Assembly (NCBI GenBank): GCA_950097015.1
Contig: CATNEN010000039.1
Span: 16,368,001 to 16,432,000 of the forward strand
DNA: 64,000 bases
From: Macrostomum hystrix
Lineage: Eukaryota > Animalia > Platyhelminthes
Direction of reading: 5' to 3'
Every line of letters begins with the position of its first letter. Position 1 is the stretch's first letter. Position numbers and translations under genes: made by a program. The notes beneath the pieces are model-generated. The model had not been told where the DNA came from. It did not search any database and saw only the letters and a program-made list of their open reading frames with translations. Below are positions 45,781 through 58,448 of the stretch, in pieces.

Positions 45781-46431
45781 GGAAAGTTAGGCTTCGCTTA
45801 TCCCCTTCTGTGAGTGCAACATTTTCATAAACTTTCTTATCCACTCTATAAACTACTCAAAACTTGGATTTGGGGTTTTCGCTTCCCATATTCGCTTGCA
45901 ACGCAGACGAGCGGACCAGGGACCACAGACGGAGATAAGCTGAAGCGCATTGTGTCTGGTGTGCAATAAGAAATAGGTTTTCTTGTTTACCCTTGAAATG
46001 CATACAGCATAACTTTGACTTGACTTGCATCTGCGGTGTGGCAAGGTGGCAACTTAAAATCCACTATTCTATGGAAATTCGAAGCAGCTAGACAAGTGTC
46101 CAGGTAGCTGTTATTTGCCAACTCAACTAGCCAGGATCTATGCCATTTGTCATGGCTAAGGTGTTATTGTACATACACAATTTATACTGTTCATAGAACA
46201 GTGCATGTATATACAATTTCTTTCAGCATCTTCGCATCTTAAAATCGAACAGAAAACACCAAAATTTACTGCCAGGATCTATGTCATTTGTCAGGCCTAA
46301 GCTATAATTATTATCTAATATATATAAGACATACAATTTATCCTGTTTATACAATTGTGTTTATCTACATAAAATTTCCTTCAGCATCATTGCATCTGAA
46401 AATAAATGGAAAAAACACAAAAATGCTATTT

Positions 46432-46890
46432 ACATACCCGCACATCTTGCACATGCCCGCACATCTTGCACATGCCCGCACATCTTGCACATGCCCGCAC
46501 ATCTTGCACATGCCCGCACATCTTGCACATGCCCGCACATCTTGCACATACCCGCACATCTTGCACATGCCCGCACATCTTGCACATACCCGCACATCTT
46601 GCACATGCCCGCACATCTTGCACATGCCCGCACATCTTGCACATGCCCGCACATCTTGCACATACCCGCACATCTTGCACATGCCCGCACATCTTGCACA
46701 TACCCGCACATCTTGCACATGCCCGCACATCTTGCACATGCCCGCACATGTTGCACATGCCCGCACATCTTGCACATGCCCGCACATCTTGCACATGCCC
46801 GCATATCTTGCACATGCCCGCACATCTTGCACATGCCCGCACATGTTGCACATGCCCGCACATCTTGCACATGCCCGCACATCTTGCACA
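46432..46890. repeat. 19-bp minisatellite (CACATCTTGCACATGCCCG)n, about 24 copies
   Basis: Visible. Confidence 0.97.
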
Positions 46891-47219
46891 TCACTTCAAA
46901 GTTGCTTACTGTAGGCGCACAAACGTCACACAGATTTCATCATGTTGCACTGCTACGTACGTATGTTGTATACAGACTGAACACATGCGCGATAGAGGCT
47001 TCATTTCAATTTAAAACTTGTTCTTTTACGAATACAAACCATTAAATTAATGTCTATAACTGTATACAGACTTAAACAGTGACTAAGCATGCCAAACTTA
47101 ACAAACCCAATGTGAAACTAAATAATCAAATGCTTTCACTGTCAATTACTTTCTTCGATCTCTTTCTGACTTGCTCATGCCAGTTTAAAGAAATGACTTC
47201 CCTGTACACCTGCTCACTG

Positions 47220-48110
47220 CTCACTACCTCACTTCCTGTCACCCTACTGCATCTCACTACCACACTTCCTGTCACTCTACTGCAGCTCACTACCACACTT
47301 CCTCTCACTCTACTGCAGCTCACTACCACACTTCCTCTCACTCTACTGCAGCTCACTACCACACTTCCCCTCACTCTACTGCATCTCACTACCCCACTTC
47401 CCCTCACTCTACTGCATCTCACTACCCCACTTCCTGTCACCCCTACTGCATCTCACTACCACACTTCCTCTCACTCTACTGCATCTCACTACCACACTTC
47501 CTCTCACTCTACTGCAGCTCACTACCACACTTCCTCTCACTCTACTGCATCTCACTACCACACTTCCTCTCACTCTACTGCAGCTCACTACCACACTTCC
47601 TCTCACTCTACTGCAGCTCACTACCACACTTCCTCTCACTCTACTGCAGCTCACTACCACACTTCCTCTCACTCTACTGCAGCTCACTACCACACTTCCT
47701 CTCACTCTACTGCAGCTCACTACCACACTTCCTGTCACCCCTACTGCATCTCACTACCACACTTCCTCTCACTCTACTGCATCTCACTACCACACTTCCT
47801 CTCACTCTACTGCATCTCACTACCACACTTCCTCTCACTCTACTGCAGCTCACTACCACACTTCCTCTCACTCTACTGCATCTCACTACCACACTTCCTC
47901 TCACTCTACTGCATCTCACTACCACACTTCCTCTCACTCTACTGCAGCTCACTACCACACTTCCTCTCACTCTACTGCAGCTCACTACCACACTTCCTGT
48001 CACCCCTACTGCATCTCACTACCACACTTCCTCTCACCCTACTGATCTCCCTCTCACCCTACTGCTCTCCCTCAAACCCTACTGCTCTTCCTCTCACCCT
48101 ACTAATCTCC
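47220..48110. repeat. 33-bp pyrimidine-rich minisatellite (CTCACTACCACACTTCCTCTCACTCTACTGCA[G/T])n
   Basis: Visible. Confidence 0.97.
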
Positions 48111-49229
48111 CTCCCAGTTGATTGAAGCCCATAGTTACCGAAACTTCATATAAGTATTTTTGCATAGCGACTGATTCGCTATAGTTAACGGGCGGTGCCA
48201 AACGCAGGATTTGAGACGTGCGAAAGTGAGCCGCCACAGTCCGTTCTTTATCCTTTCCATTGTCCTTCCATTGCCTTGGCATTTTCCATGACAAATTCTA
48301 CCACTAAGCTTCTAAGGTGCGATTGGGGATCAGACACGTGCAAAACACGTGTGCAAAACATCGAATACGAATGTCAAGCTGCTGGCTGCAGAGCTGTTCA
48401 GTCCATGGACTGAGTTGCGCCATGCTGACCCCAATTCACCCCAGCAACTCCTGGTACAGCTGGGTGTTTTTTACTAATTATTAAACATTAAGCAGCCATT
48501 TTTTAAACATTGGCTAGCTATTACACTAAGTTGTCATGCAGACTCGTGTAGTTGCAGTCTACATGTACAGGTGTCATTCTTTACATGTAACTTCACATGC
48601 ACATTTCCATGCAGGCCTCTTGGATAGGAGGAGTTGAGCAATATACTCGTATATATTCCTTCTTTCGGAAGGAATGAGCTATAGAATATGACTGGAACAC
48701 TATCATATCGGTTCTACTAATAGTAGCATATGGCGAATTAATCCTCCTCCAAATATTTTCGCAAACGAAAAAAATTAAGAAAATTTAGTAGAGAATTTCG
48801 AAAAAAAAATGCTAATTATTGTGCCATACTTCAGAGCAATTAGACATGTTAAAGGTGAAATAATTTTTCTGCAACCACAAGTCACGAGTACTACACGAAA
48901 AGAAAAAAAACCGAGACAGTCGGAAGACATCGCGCGCCCATTGGTTAGTTTTGAAAAATCCTCTAACCCACTAACCGATAGCTATCAATTGTGCCATTTA
49001 TGCCGACTATGGAAAATGGAGTCAGTTTGTTTTGGGGAAATCTTTGTATTGTAGCTATTGAAAGTGCGTTGAAAGTGAAAGACTAAGTTTTCCAGGCATT
49101 CTCGAAAAAATCAATTACACTCACGCACGCACGAATACAGCGCAAAATTAGTTTATAGATGAGTATGACTATGAGTATGCTTACTTGTATAAAACATCAA
49201 TAAAATTTATTAATTAATGAGAACTACCA

Positions 49230-49790
49230 ACTACCAAATGAGATGGCTGCGGAGCTGGTTAACCAACAGGCTGGCGCAAGTGCGATACGAAGGTAAATTG
49301 AGCAAGGTTGTCCGTATGAAGCAGGGTTTGCCACAATGCTCAGTGTTATCGCCGGTGCTGTTTTTGATCTTCATTGATCTGCAGCAAAGAGGAGGAGGCG
49401 GTAAAAAAGGTGGAGAAGGCGGTGAAGCTGGTGGAGGAGTGGAGCAGCAGGTGGCTAATGCCGGTCTCTGCAGGGAAATACACGTTGACGCTGTTCAGCC
49501 TTGGCAGGAAAAGCAGGATAGAAGGGAGCCGGATGGTTAAGATCGGAGACACTCCAATGAAATGGTGCCAAAACCCGAAGTTCCTAGGGTTAACTTATGA
49601 TAAAACGCTAAGGTTTGACAAGCACGTGCAAGAGATTCTGGCGTCCTGCAAGAACCGGATACAATTGCTCAGAAGACTAGCAGGCAGCGACTGGGGCTGG
49701 CCGAGTAACATCCTCAGGCAAACGTACACTGCGTTAAAAGCCTCAAAGATCATTTATGGGGCCTAGCGAGAACCCCAAGGAAGCTCTGAG
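49230..49790 (+). mobile_element. LINE RT fragment (C-terminal half; YADD segment deleted)
   Basis: RWLRSWLTNR...QGLPQCSVLSPVLFLIFI; then EWSSRW...KFLGLTYDKTLRFDKHV...LLRRLAGSDWG...LRQTY. Confidence 0.85.
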
Positions 49791-50278
49791 GCATTGGGAG
49801 TGGTGAAGAAGGTGTAAAAAGAAGCAAGAATGTTGACGACATCAGAAACAATAGCAGCAGCAGCAACAACAACAACCCTATCAGCATCCATTACAGAAAC
49901 AGCAGCAGCAGCAGCAACAGAATTCACTGCAACGTTAGCCAAAGCCACCTTTGCGGCCTCGAGTAAACGATTCAAATTTTGGTTCTCATGGCTATCGATC
50001 GTCCCAAATATCGATTCCCAGGACTAAAATCTCTAAGCTACACGCTTAATAAACTTATACACTGTTGTTAAAATTGTACAAGCCGAAAGTAATGCTGCTG
50101 GAACAAGCCACAAGCCAGATAAAGAATCGTTCTTCAAAGGTATCCAATATCTGTCAATATTGTTTACCGTAGCACCCTGTACAAATGCACAAATACAAAA
50201 TTATGTGAAAAGCGTGTTAATCGTATTGTGAAATATTCGTAACATTTCAAGACAAACAGACAAGTTCTTCCTGAAGGT

Positions 50279-50530
50279 TCTCCGCCGATTTTAAAGACCC
50301 GCGGGTGGTCGCGCAGCTCGCGGACGGGCTCTGGCCAAGCCGCGCCCAGCCCTTGGCAGCCGCCTGGATTGCGCACGACCAGCCAGTAGTTGCCGCCGCA
50401 GCTCGGCAGGCCACGGCAGCCGGTCCGGCCCGCGCCCAGCCACAGCAGCACCAGCCCGGTAGGCGGTCCGGTCTGTTTTTTTTCCACCGGAAGTTCGGCT
50501 CCAAGTCCCGGCGTTGTGAACCAACACGAA
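50279..50530 (+). mobile_element. Gypsy gag C-terminal fragment (same family as 41812-42353)
   Basis: SADFKDPRVVAQLADGLWPSRAQP...FFHRKFGSKSRRCEP (decayed zinc knuckle). Confidence 0.7.
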
Positions 50531-50739
50531 ATTTTTGTATATTGCAAATTAGTCAGTTCTCAGTTTCCACGCGGCTCGAAATAGATCGAAGCCTTTTAAT
50601 TGTCTCAAAATGATATTTCTGATCATGGAAACACTGTGCGATCCAAACGAATGCCAGTGAGCTTCGACCTGCTGCCAGATAGGCTATAGGATATTCTGAA
50701 AACACACTGGACGCTCGGCAGCGCGGAATTTAGAAACTA
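50530..50739 (+). pseudogene. 5' stub of the IAP-like gene at 54370, fused to the LU-like 5' flank
   Basis: Near-identical to about 54290-54500 (ATGGAAACACTGTGCGATCCAAA...GAATTTAGAAACTA) with a 2-bp deletion and CAG>TAG. Confidence 0.85.
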
Positions 50740-51074
50740 GAAATATATCTAATAGTACAACACAAAAGTTCATCTCAGAAAAGTCGTGCATGAAAAACGC
50801 AAAGTAGAGCTGAAATTTGCCATAGACAAAAGGCGGGCACCCCTGTGTCAGCCAGCACTGCCATAGACCGAGCCGGCTCGGACCTGTACTTTCTGCAGCA
50901 TATTGAAGGGGCAGCGGCCCGAAACGAAGAATCAAATCCAACAACTGACAACACTCGACTAAGCATTCTGGCCGATTCTACTCAGCCGTTGCAAACCTGA
51001 TCAGCAATTCAACTGCCACCTGCCAGCTAATCGACCAAATCTAACTGGGCTATTCGGAATCGAAGCTGGCAATC

Positions 51075-51816
51075 ATGACGACTGTGAAGCTGGTTATTGT
51101 TTGCGTGTTTCTTGCACTTGGAGGCATCCAGCTGGCCGATTGTATTAAATGTATCTGGTCAAGAAATAGAAGAGTAACATTTTACGAATATAAGAATGAC
51201 GATACTGATATATATTGTACTCCTGCCAGCGTCACCAAGTGTTACGTGGAATATCAACCTAAAGGTCCAACTCATTTATTTTTTCATCCCGAAGTGGTGA
51301 GCAACCGAATGAATTAAACTAATTTAATTAGCATATCAATTCGAAATCATAAAGCAACAGTTCGCCCTATAAATTTTACCCTATGCGGAAACTTTTTAGG
51401 AACTGAAATATGGTTGCGGCGCCTGTCCTGCTGCAAACTATTGCAAAGACTGCACGGGTCATAAATGCAATAAAGCGAGTGCATTAAACTTGATCAATGA
51501 TCTAGAACGTGATCTGGTACCATGCCTTCACTACGTTAAATCGCTGCCGAATGACAATGATCCTGATCAAAGCGAAAAAGTGCAAGGTCCAACTGAAAAT
51601 TTTTGCCCTCCATCAGAAAAGTGCTTTAAAATTGTTGCTAAGAGGTCTGTACCACGAATGCATTTTAAAACCATCATCGGCTGTGAAAAACGGCTTCAAT
51701 ACATACACGAAAAAATATTGAGAAAGGACAATTTAATGTTTGAACGATACGAATGTAGACCAAACGCGGAAAAATCAGATTGTATCCCAGTTATTAGTGA
51801 AATTAGTCTCAACTAA
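51075..51816 (+). CDS. Ly6/uPAR-like protein, copy C, secreted form; exons 51075-51296 and 51400-51816
   Basis: Nearly identical to copy B but ends SDCIPVISEISLN* with no stalk or hydrophobic tail. Confidence 0.75.
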
Positions 51817-52267
51817 GCTGATTCTGCAAAATATCTCTTATTACGCTTGCTGTTTTTTTCTATGTCAGCTTATTTCACTTGTCTCGCTAGAAAATTAATG
51901 AGGTCTTAAAAAGCTCGCTGCTTATTTAATGTTTAACTTAACAGACTCCTTCAGCTTTGCTACACTCTAATATTTCTAACACTAACAGATTATTCAAATG
52001 CACAAAGCCAAACACAACAGCTAATCGATGATTTTTTACGCAAACCATCCCGTTGTTGCGGCGCAACTAATGTTTTCTGCATGCGTTTTAACTTTAATTG
52101 AGCTACCTTTTAGTTGCACAGAGTATAACAATGAAATAAAATGAAAAATCATTTTTGGTTTTAGTAAATTTCACTAGCAAGTCTTGCCCCTATTCAGGGA
52201 GCAGAAAAGTTTTAAATTCCTCTAGTATATACTTTTTAGCAGCTGTATTTTCAGTTTTTTAAGCTAT

Positions 52268-52556
52268 AATGATCCCCTAGTTGAAAATGATCCCCCAGTT
52301 GACAATGATCCCCCAGTTGACAATGATCCCCCAGTTAACAATGATCCCCCAGTTGACCATGAACCCCCAGTTGACAATGATCCCCCAGTTGACAATATTC
52401 ACCCAGTTGATGATGATCTAACCCAGTTGATGATGACTCCCCATTGATGATGATCCCCAGTTAATGATGATCACCCAGTTGACAATTATCTCCCAGTTGA
52501 CAATGATCCCCCAGTTGATGATGACCCCATTTATGATGATCCCCAGTTGACAATGT
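52268..52556. repeat. 18-bp minisatellite (third, more diverged array)
   Basis: Same unit as 31258-31528. Confidence 0.9.
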
Positions 52557-52832
52557 TCTCCAGCTGCTTTTGTATAAAATTGAGAAGAACAATTTAATTA
52601 AATGAATATTAGGCAAAATTATTATCATACAAACATATATCATTATGACGTTATAAGATAACAAAATCAAAATGTAGAGAATTCAGATCAATGACAAAAG
52701 AAAAATAGATTCAAACTCTGGTTGGCCATGATTGAAACTCTGGTTTTGCCAAGATTCAAACTCTGGTTTAGCCATGATTAAAACGCTGGTTTAGCCATGA
52801 TTCAAACTCTGGTTTACGCATGATTTAAACTC

Positions 52833-53011
52833 TGTGTAAACTAGGTCAGAAGGCGAGACTTGCGCGAGAACCGAGAAAACACGAGGTGACTAAAGCCTCA
52901 AGTGAGCGACTTTATATTTGGCTATGTACACCAGAGAGTGTACATCGCATTGCACAATTTGCGAAGCCAACTTACGACGCGATGCGAGAATGAATCACCG
53001 CACACCTTACA
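52833..53011 (-). mobile_element. 3' LTR (about 179 bp) of a Gypsy element
   Basis: Minus strand: purine-rich tract AGGGATGGAGTGA (53012-53024), then TGTAAGG...TTTACACA, downstream of the integrase. Confidence 0.7.
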
Positions 53012-53123
53012 TCACTCCATCCCTAAATTGAGGACATTAAAAACAAAAAAATAAACAAATATTTTAGGCAGCTTAAAATGATGCACTACAAGCTTTATAA
53101 GAACAAAAAAAATAGTTAGCAGC

Positions 53124-54200
53124 TCAAAATTGCGCGACGAAAAAATCTGGCTGCCTCCGAGTTCGATTCGAGCGTCTGGGCCCAGCAGGCGCCGGTTCGT
53201 CCAGCAGCTCCTGCCAGGTCTCACGCGGGTCGGCAGCCGGACTGGGCGGCCGGTCGCTCTCTGCAGCGGGTGGGTCGGCGGCGGGCTGCGGGACAGCGGG
53301 CTGCGGCCGCCTCGCCACGAACGCCTTCAGCCGGTCGTGGTGCACCACCGAGCTCCGCCTCCGCCCGGTGGGCTTGGAGATCCGGTAGGTGACTGGGCCC
53401 AGCTTCTCGAGCACGCGGTACGGCCCCCACCACCGCCGGCGGAGCGCCTTGGACTGGCCCTTCTGCACCGCCGGGTTGTTGAGCATCACCAGCTGGCCGA
53501 CTTGGAACGGAGTGAAGTGCTGGCGCTTGTCGTACTGCTGCTTCCGCGATCGCTGCGTCGACTGCAGGCGCTGCCGCACTAGCTGCAGGCCGGCGCGGGC
53601 GTCCGCCAGCGCGTCCGTGACGACCGGCCTCTCACCGGCGGCGGGCAGGCTGAGCTCGGCTGGGATCCGGGGGTCGCGGCCGTGCAGCACTGCGTACGGT
53701 GACCGCTTGGTGGTGCTGTGGACCGATGAGTTGTACGCCCAGATGACCTACGGCAGGAAAGCCGCCCACCTGTCCTGCTGCTCCATGCAGTAGGCCGCCA
53801 GCATGTCGCCCAGAGTCCGGTTGAATCGCTCGACCACCGGATTGCCGCTGGGGTGGAATGGTGTCGTCCTGGTCTTTCGAATGTCGAGCAGCCGGCACAG
53901 CTCCTGGAAGATGTCGCTTTCGAACTGGCGACCTTGATCGGAGTGGATGACCTCGGGCGACCCGTGGCGGAGGACGACGCTGCGCAGCATGGCTTCAGCG
54001 ACCGTGCGAGTCTCGATGTTGGTCGCTGGGGCCGCTTCGACCCACTTGGAGAACACGTCGGTGAAGCAGATGATGTACTTCTGACCGGCCTCTGTGGCCG
54101 GCAGCGGTCCTTTGATGTCCACCTGCACCATCTCCCAGGGAGTTGACGGCACGGTGTTGTCCTGCAGCGGCGCCCTTTGGTGCTGGTGCGGTACCTTGCG
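53124..54200 (-). mobile_element. Gypsy LTR retrotransposon integrase fragment
   Basis: PWEMVQVDIKGPLP...TDVFSKWVEA...HSDQGRQFES...TTPFHPSGNPVVERFNRTL; in-frame stop at about 53748; GPY motif WWGPYRV...VVHHDRLK. Confidence 0.93.
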
Positions 54201-54369
54201 ACGTTCGAAATGAAACAGTTCTTAGAGGCAATTCCATGGCACTACCTCGGAACAGAATTGGCAGTCCCATGGAAATGCTTCCAATACTAAATTTTCGAAT
54301 ATCGCAAATTAGTCATTTTTCTGTTTCCATGCGGCTCGTAATAGATCAAGGCTTTTTAATTTTCTCAAA

Positions 54370-55203
54370 ATGAGATTTCTGATCATGGAAACACTGTGCG
54401 ATCCAAATGAACTGCCAGTGAGCTTCGACCTGCTGCCAGATAGGCTACAGGATATTCTGAAAACACACTGGACGCTTGGCAGCGCGGAATTTAGAAACTA
54501 CATCGCACAAACCCTGCTCCTTATTTTTGGTTCGTCGTTTCGAATTGATCAGCTAAGCTTCAAGAACCGCGTGATGTCCTTCCGAGGCCATATTGACGAT
54601 ACCATCTCCCTAAGATGGGCGGAGAGCGGATTTTTCAGCCACGGACCCAACGGCGCCAGCTGCTGCCACTGCGGCAAAACAATCGAGCGACTCGCGCCTG
54701 GAGACCCCTCGGAGTGGCACTCAAACCGAGGACAATCGGGCTGTTCGCTGCTGCGGTTGCAGCGAATTCTTCAATGGACACCCAGAGCCGCGTGTCAGGA
54801 TGTCGAAATCGGTAGCCAAGCTGGAAGATACGAACAGCTAATTAGGAGACTTTTAGCTGCTCTCAGAGACCCAGTCAGTGAGCTGGTTGAGTCCTTCGGA
54901 TTCTCTAAAAATGAGGTCGCTTTGGCTTGGCTGAAAACAGTCGCATATAACAAAGCACCGAAACTAGCGAAACCAGGAGACATCATTAGGATCATTCACG
55001 ATCTACCAGCTGATCAGCCAAACGTTCTAGAAGTACTGTCAGCCTCGCCTGTCGTTCAATATCTGTACAGTTCAGCTGTGGATAATGCGCCTTTGTCACT
55101 GGAGATAAGAGGCAATGAACTTTTCCATCCGTTGGACTGGCGGCAAGAATTGACAGATGACTCAAGAAACGATGACTTTAGTTGCAACGCAAAAATCATT
55201 TGA
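54370..55203 (+). CDS. Intronless IAP-like protein (divergent BIR + UBA-like, no RING), 277 aa
   Basis: Intact ORF; SFKNRVMSF...WAESGFFSHGPNGASCCHCG...DPSEWHSNRGQSGC; DPVSELVESFGFSK...PGDIIRIIH; AATAAA about 55237. Confidence 0.78.
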   Translation: MRFLIMETLCDPNELPVSFDLLPDRLQDILKTHWTLGSAEFRNYIAQTLLLIFGSSFRIDQLSFKNRVMSFRGHIDDTISLRWAESGFFSHGPNGASCCHCGKTIERLAPGDPSEWHSNRGQSGCSLLRLQRILQWTPRAACQDVEIGSQAGRYEQLIRRLLAALRDPVSELVESFGFSKNEVALAWLKTVAYNKAPKLAKPGDIIRIIHDLPADQPNVLEVLSASPVVQYLYSSAVDNAPLSLEIRGNELFHPLDWRQELTDDSRNDDFSCNAKII

Positions 55204-56309
55204 GCGAGGAACTTATTATTTCCGTGCTTCTAATTAAATAAATTGCCTTCCTCATATTGCCATTTCATATTGTATATTCTTCTATGCATTATTTGTAAAT
55301 ATATTAAAACTTCAGTTTACAATAATTCTCTATTTACAATAGAGAATCTTTATCAACGAGATACTATGCCACACAAGCATTTATGAAATTATGAAATTGT
55401 CGATTGATTAGAGAAATGTCTAAACAGCGCTGTGTCTATTTTTGTGATTTTTACGAGTGGCTTACGATAGGCAGACTTTCAAAGATGTGTCGTTTAGAAA
55501 TTCGCTAGGAACAGAGAAGATGGGTGTACGAACAAATCTCTATGCCTCCAAATGTGCATCAAAGACAGAAATTTGCAGTTGTACGTTTTGGTACCTTGTT
55601 CAGTTGTGCTTGCTCAGTTCAGCACTAACACGTACGTATTCAAAATGCTGTATTACCTTGTAGCATGGCTAGAAAAATTGTTCTCTTTTCTAAGAGGCTC
55701 GCTAAACTAAGTCCCTAAAAGGAAACGCAATAGTCCGTGTACTTCAGGTAAAAATCCAATTTTTTACGCTACGCGCCTCGACGTTTTACCTCGTTTGAAC
55801 CCGAGCAGCCTATTCATATTGGTGTTGTAGTTAGCGTACGTGAAATGCGTTTCACGGCCCTCTGAGACTTTCTATGGTCTTGTTAACATAAAATTTGTCC
55901 TGTGTTCTACGCGATCTTTGATTAACTTCGTACTAATCACAACATACACAGTGGTACTAATTAAGTAATTGTGATTGTGATTGTGATTACACAATTGTAA
56001 CTGTGTAATTGTAATTGCCGCTCTCTCCAGCGCCCTGCGTGGTGCCGGGGCGGCCAACCCAACCTTGGATTTTGACTAGCGCTTGCATAGAGCTTAAGCT
56101 CATGTACACGCGCCGGCGTGTACATTTCAATCGGGAAGCCGGGTGCAGCAGAAGAAGCTGCAAATTTGCTCATTAGTGCCGTAGATGCGGCATAGGCCAC
56201 TCAGAAGCTGCTGCCGATCGGGATGGCGAGGGCAGTGAGACGACTAGGCATTCGCACTGACTTGGTGCTTGTTCTGATTTTAACGCCCTGGTTTTATCTA
56301 CAGATCTAA

Positions 56310-56745
56310 AATTAGCAGAGTGGAAGAAGGAGCTGATGTGCACTGATTTACCTGAGGATAGGAACAGTTTTATTCTCGATGGTGTTGCTTACGGATTCCG
56401 CATTACTATCAAGAGTGCTTCTGGTTTCAAGCCAGTTGAAGCTGATAACTACCATTCTGTCAATATTTCATCTTGAAGCTGTCTAAACGCAGATTAACAA
56501 AGAGCTCAAGTGTGGGCGGCATCGCGAGTGCCCGACCGGCGGGCGTCCAAAATTGGTCAGCGCCCTTGGAGCCCTGCCCAAAGATAGTGATCGTGTGCGC
56601 CTTATTCCCGACTGCAGTCGGCCTTTGAACAACTCTGGGAACTCCAGATGGGTCAGCCAAGAGAAGCTGCGACTCACGTGCGCCGATAACTTTGCGAGAA
56701 AGCTGTCCAGAGGCTGTTTAATGACAAAGGTGGACCTCAGCGATC
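56310..56745 (+). mobile_element. DIRS/Ngaro-type RT fragment (same family as 31862-32212)
   Basis: FILDGVAYGFRI...LVSALGALPKDSDRVRLIPDCSRP...MTKVDLS. Confidence 0.75.
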
Positions 56746-57527
56746 CATCAAGCACCTATCCATTTAATAATCTAAATTCATCGCTCCTAATATGGTGTTG
56801 TTAGGTGCTAGGTGGATAGATGCTAGGCAACTAGTTTACTAGGTAGTGTTAACATTTTAGGAAAGTAACCTCCATAAACAAGGCAATTTCGTGGAAAAGC
56901 CGGAAAGAAACGCTATTTCTTAATTCTATTTAAAACTTCTATTACAAATGAATGACCTGTTTGCATAAATGTCATAAAAGTGCATTGTGAATGCGGTTCA
57001 TTGTTTTTCTTATGTACCTTATGTAACTTCTACCTTATGTTCGCAGAACAATAATCAACAATAATGAAACAGTAACGAACATTGACTATGGCCATTGGTT
57101 TTGGTTTTTTTCCAATGTCCTTGCCGCGGAAAAACGACGGCACGGACAAGGGAAAATCTATTTAGCTTAGTAGAGAAAGGGAACTACATTCAACATTCGA
57201 TTTGATTATATTTACTCAGAGTCCGCTACCAACGATGAGTTTAATTTCTGCCTGTTTCTGAAGTTTACTTTTTTGGTCAATGTGTGTTGTTGAGAACTGC
57301 ATTTCACATTGCATGTTTGTAGTTGAACTGTATCTGAGCGTGGTTCCCAGAATATTTAAATGCAGTTAAATAGAAAAAAACGTGTTAATCTCCGGTGGAG
57401 TATCCCTTGCTCATGTCTATGGTAAAAGTCAAGGAAAGAGAAAAGAGAAAAAGAAGCTACTACGAGTCAAACCTAAACTACTTTTTTCTGTGTTTGTCCC
57501 AAAATAAGGCACAAATCTGACTAGATG

Positions 57528-58043
57528 AAATGGGGGGAGCTTTAATTACCGCCGACGATGTAATTGAGCGCTAAAAGTTTCCGCTCTATCCGATGAAACA
57601 ACTTCCAGAATCACCAAACACGGGCCAACTTTTTGTTGCGCAACTTCTGAAACAAGAATCAAGTCACCAGCTCTTTAGACCGTCGAGATATTAAATGTTT
57701 CTGGCGGAAGGCCAGGCCTTCAAAATTTATCAGCATGTCACCCAAATGTGCCTGCATCTCCGTCTTCGGTGTTTACCTGCATTTATCTATACCAATTTGC
57801 TGGACCTTCAAGGGCTACAACAGGTGGAAATAGGCCACTATGGACACCCTGACGCGAATTTATCCAATTTCACTGATCAAGCCTAAATATTAGGCGCAGC
57901 TCAACCACATGACACCATCGTCTAGTCTGTCAACCACCACAACCCAACGCTGTTAGCTTTCAGGCGCTGCCAAAAGAAATTGCAAGAGGGATCCCCCTTG
58001 GAATAAAAACGGGCGGCAAAATGGATTGGTAGTCCTACTTTTA
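57528..58043. mobile_element. Copy of the piggyBac-like MITE
   Basis: Duplicate of 32820-33335. Confidence 0.7.
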
Positions 58044-58448
58044 ATAGGCATGTTGTTCTATTGATTTGTAAAATAAAGGCCTATGTACTTGTGTAACTTA
58101 TATTAGTGACACTGCCTTAAGACCACAAGGAAATCTACGTTACATTAATTTAGTCTTGTCTAGCATATCCTAATAGTCCTTGATTAGGAGGTGAGTCTAG
58201 TAAAGCAACAGGTTCTACTTTGCACCTGGGTACCTGAGCTCGAATTCAATCTTATTTCTGGCCAAGTCCAAGAAGACACAGTGAGAGTGTACACTGCTTG
58301 AAAAATGTTATCCGCCAGTTTTACAGCAAGGATTTAAAGTGGCCCGAAGCTTACTGCATGACCACTGGAACCCAATATCGCAAGAATAATCCCATACCCT
58401 ATGCATCGAGAAAACATGTCCTTGCCAGTGTAATTCAGTCTCTCCTTG

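Noticed and set aside
46288-48125. Cys/His-rich metallothionein-like and Thr/Leu-rich long ORFs
   Set aside because: Products of the 19-bp and 33-bp minisatellites, open in many frames on both strands
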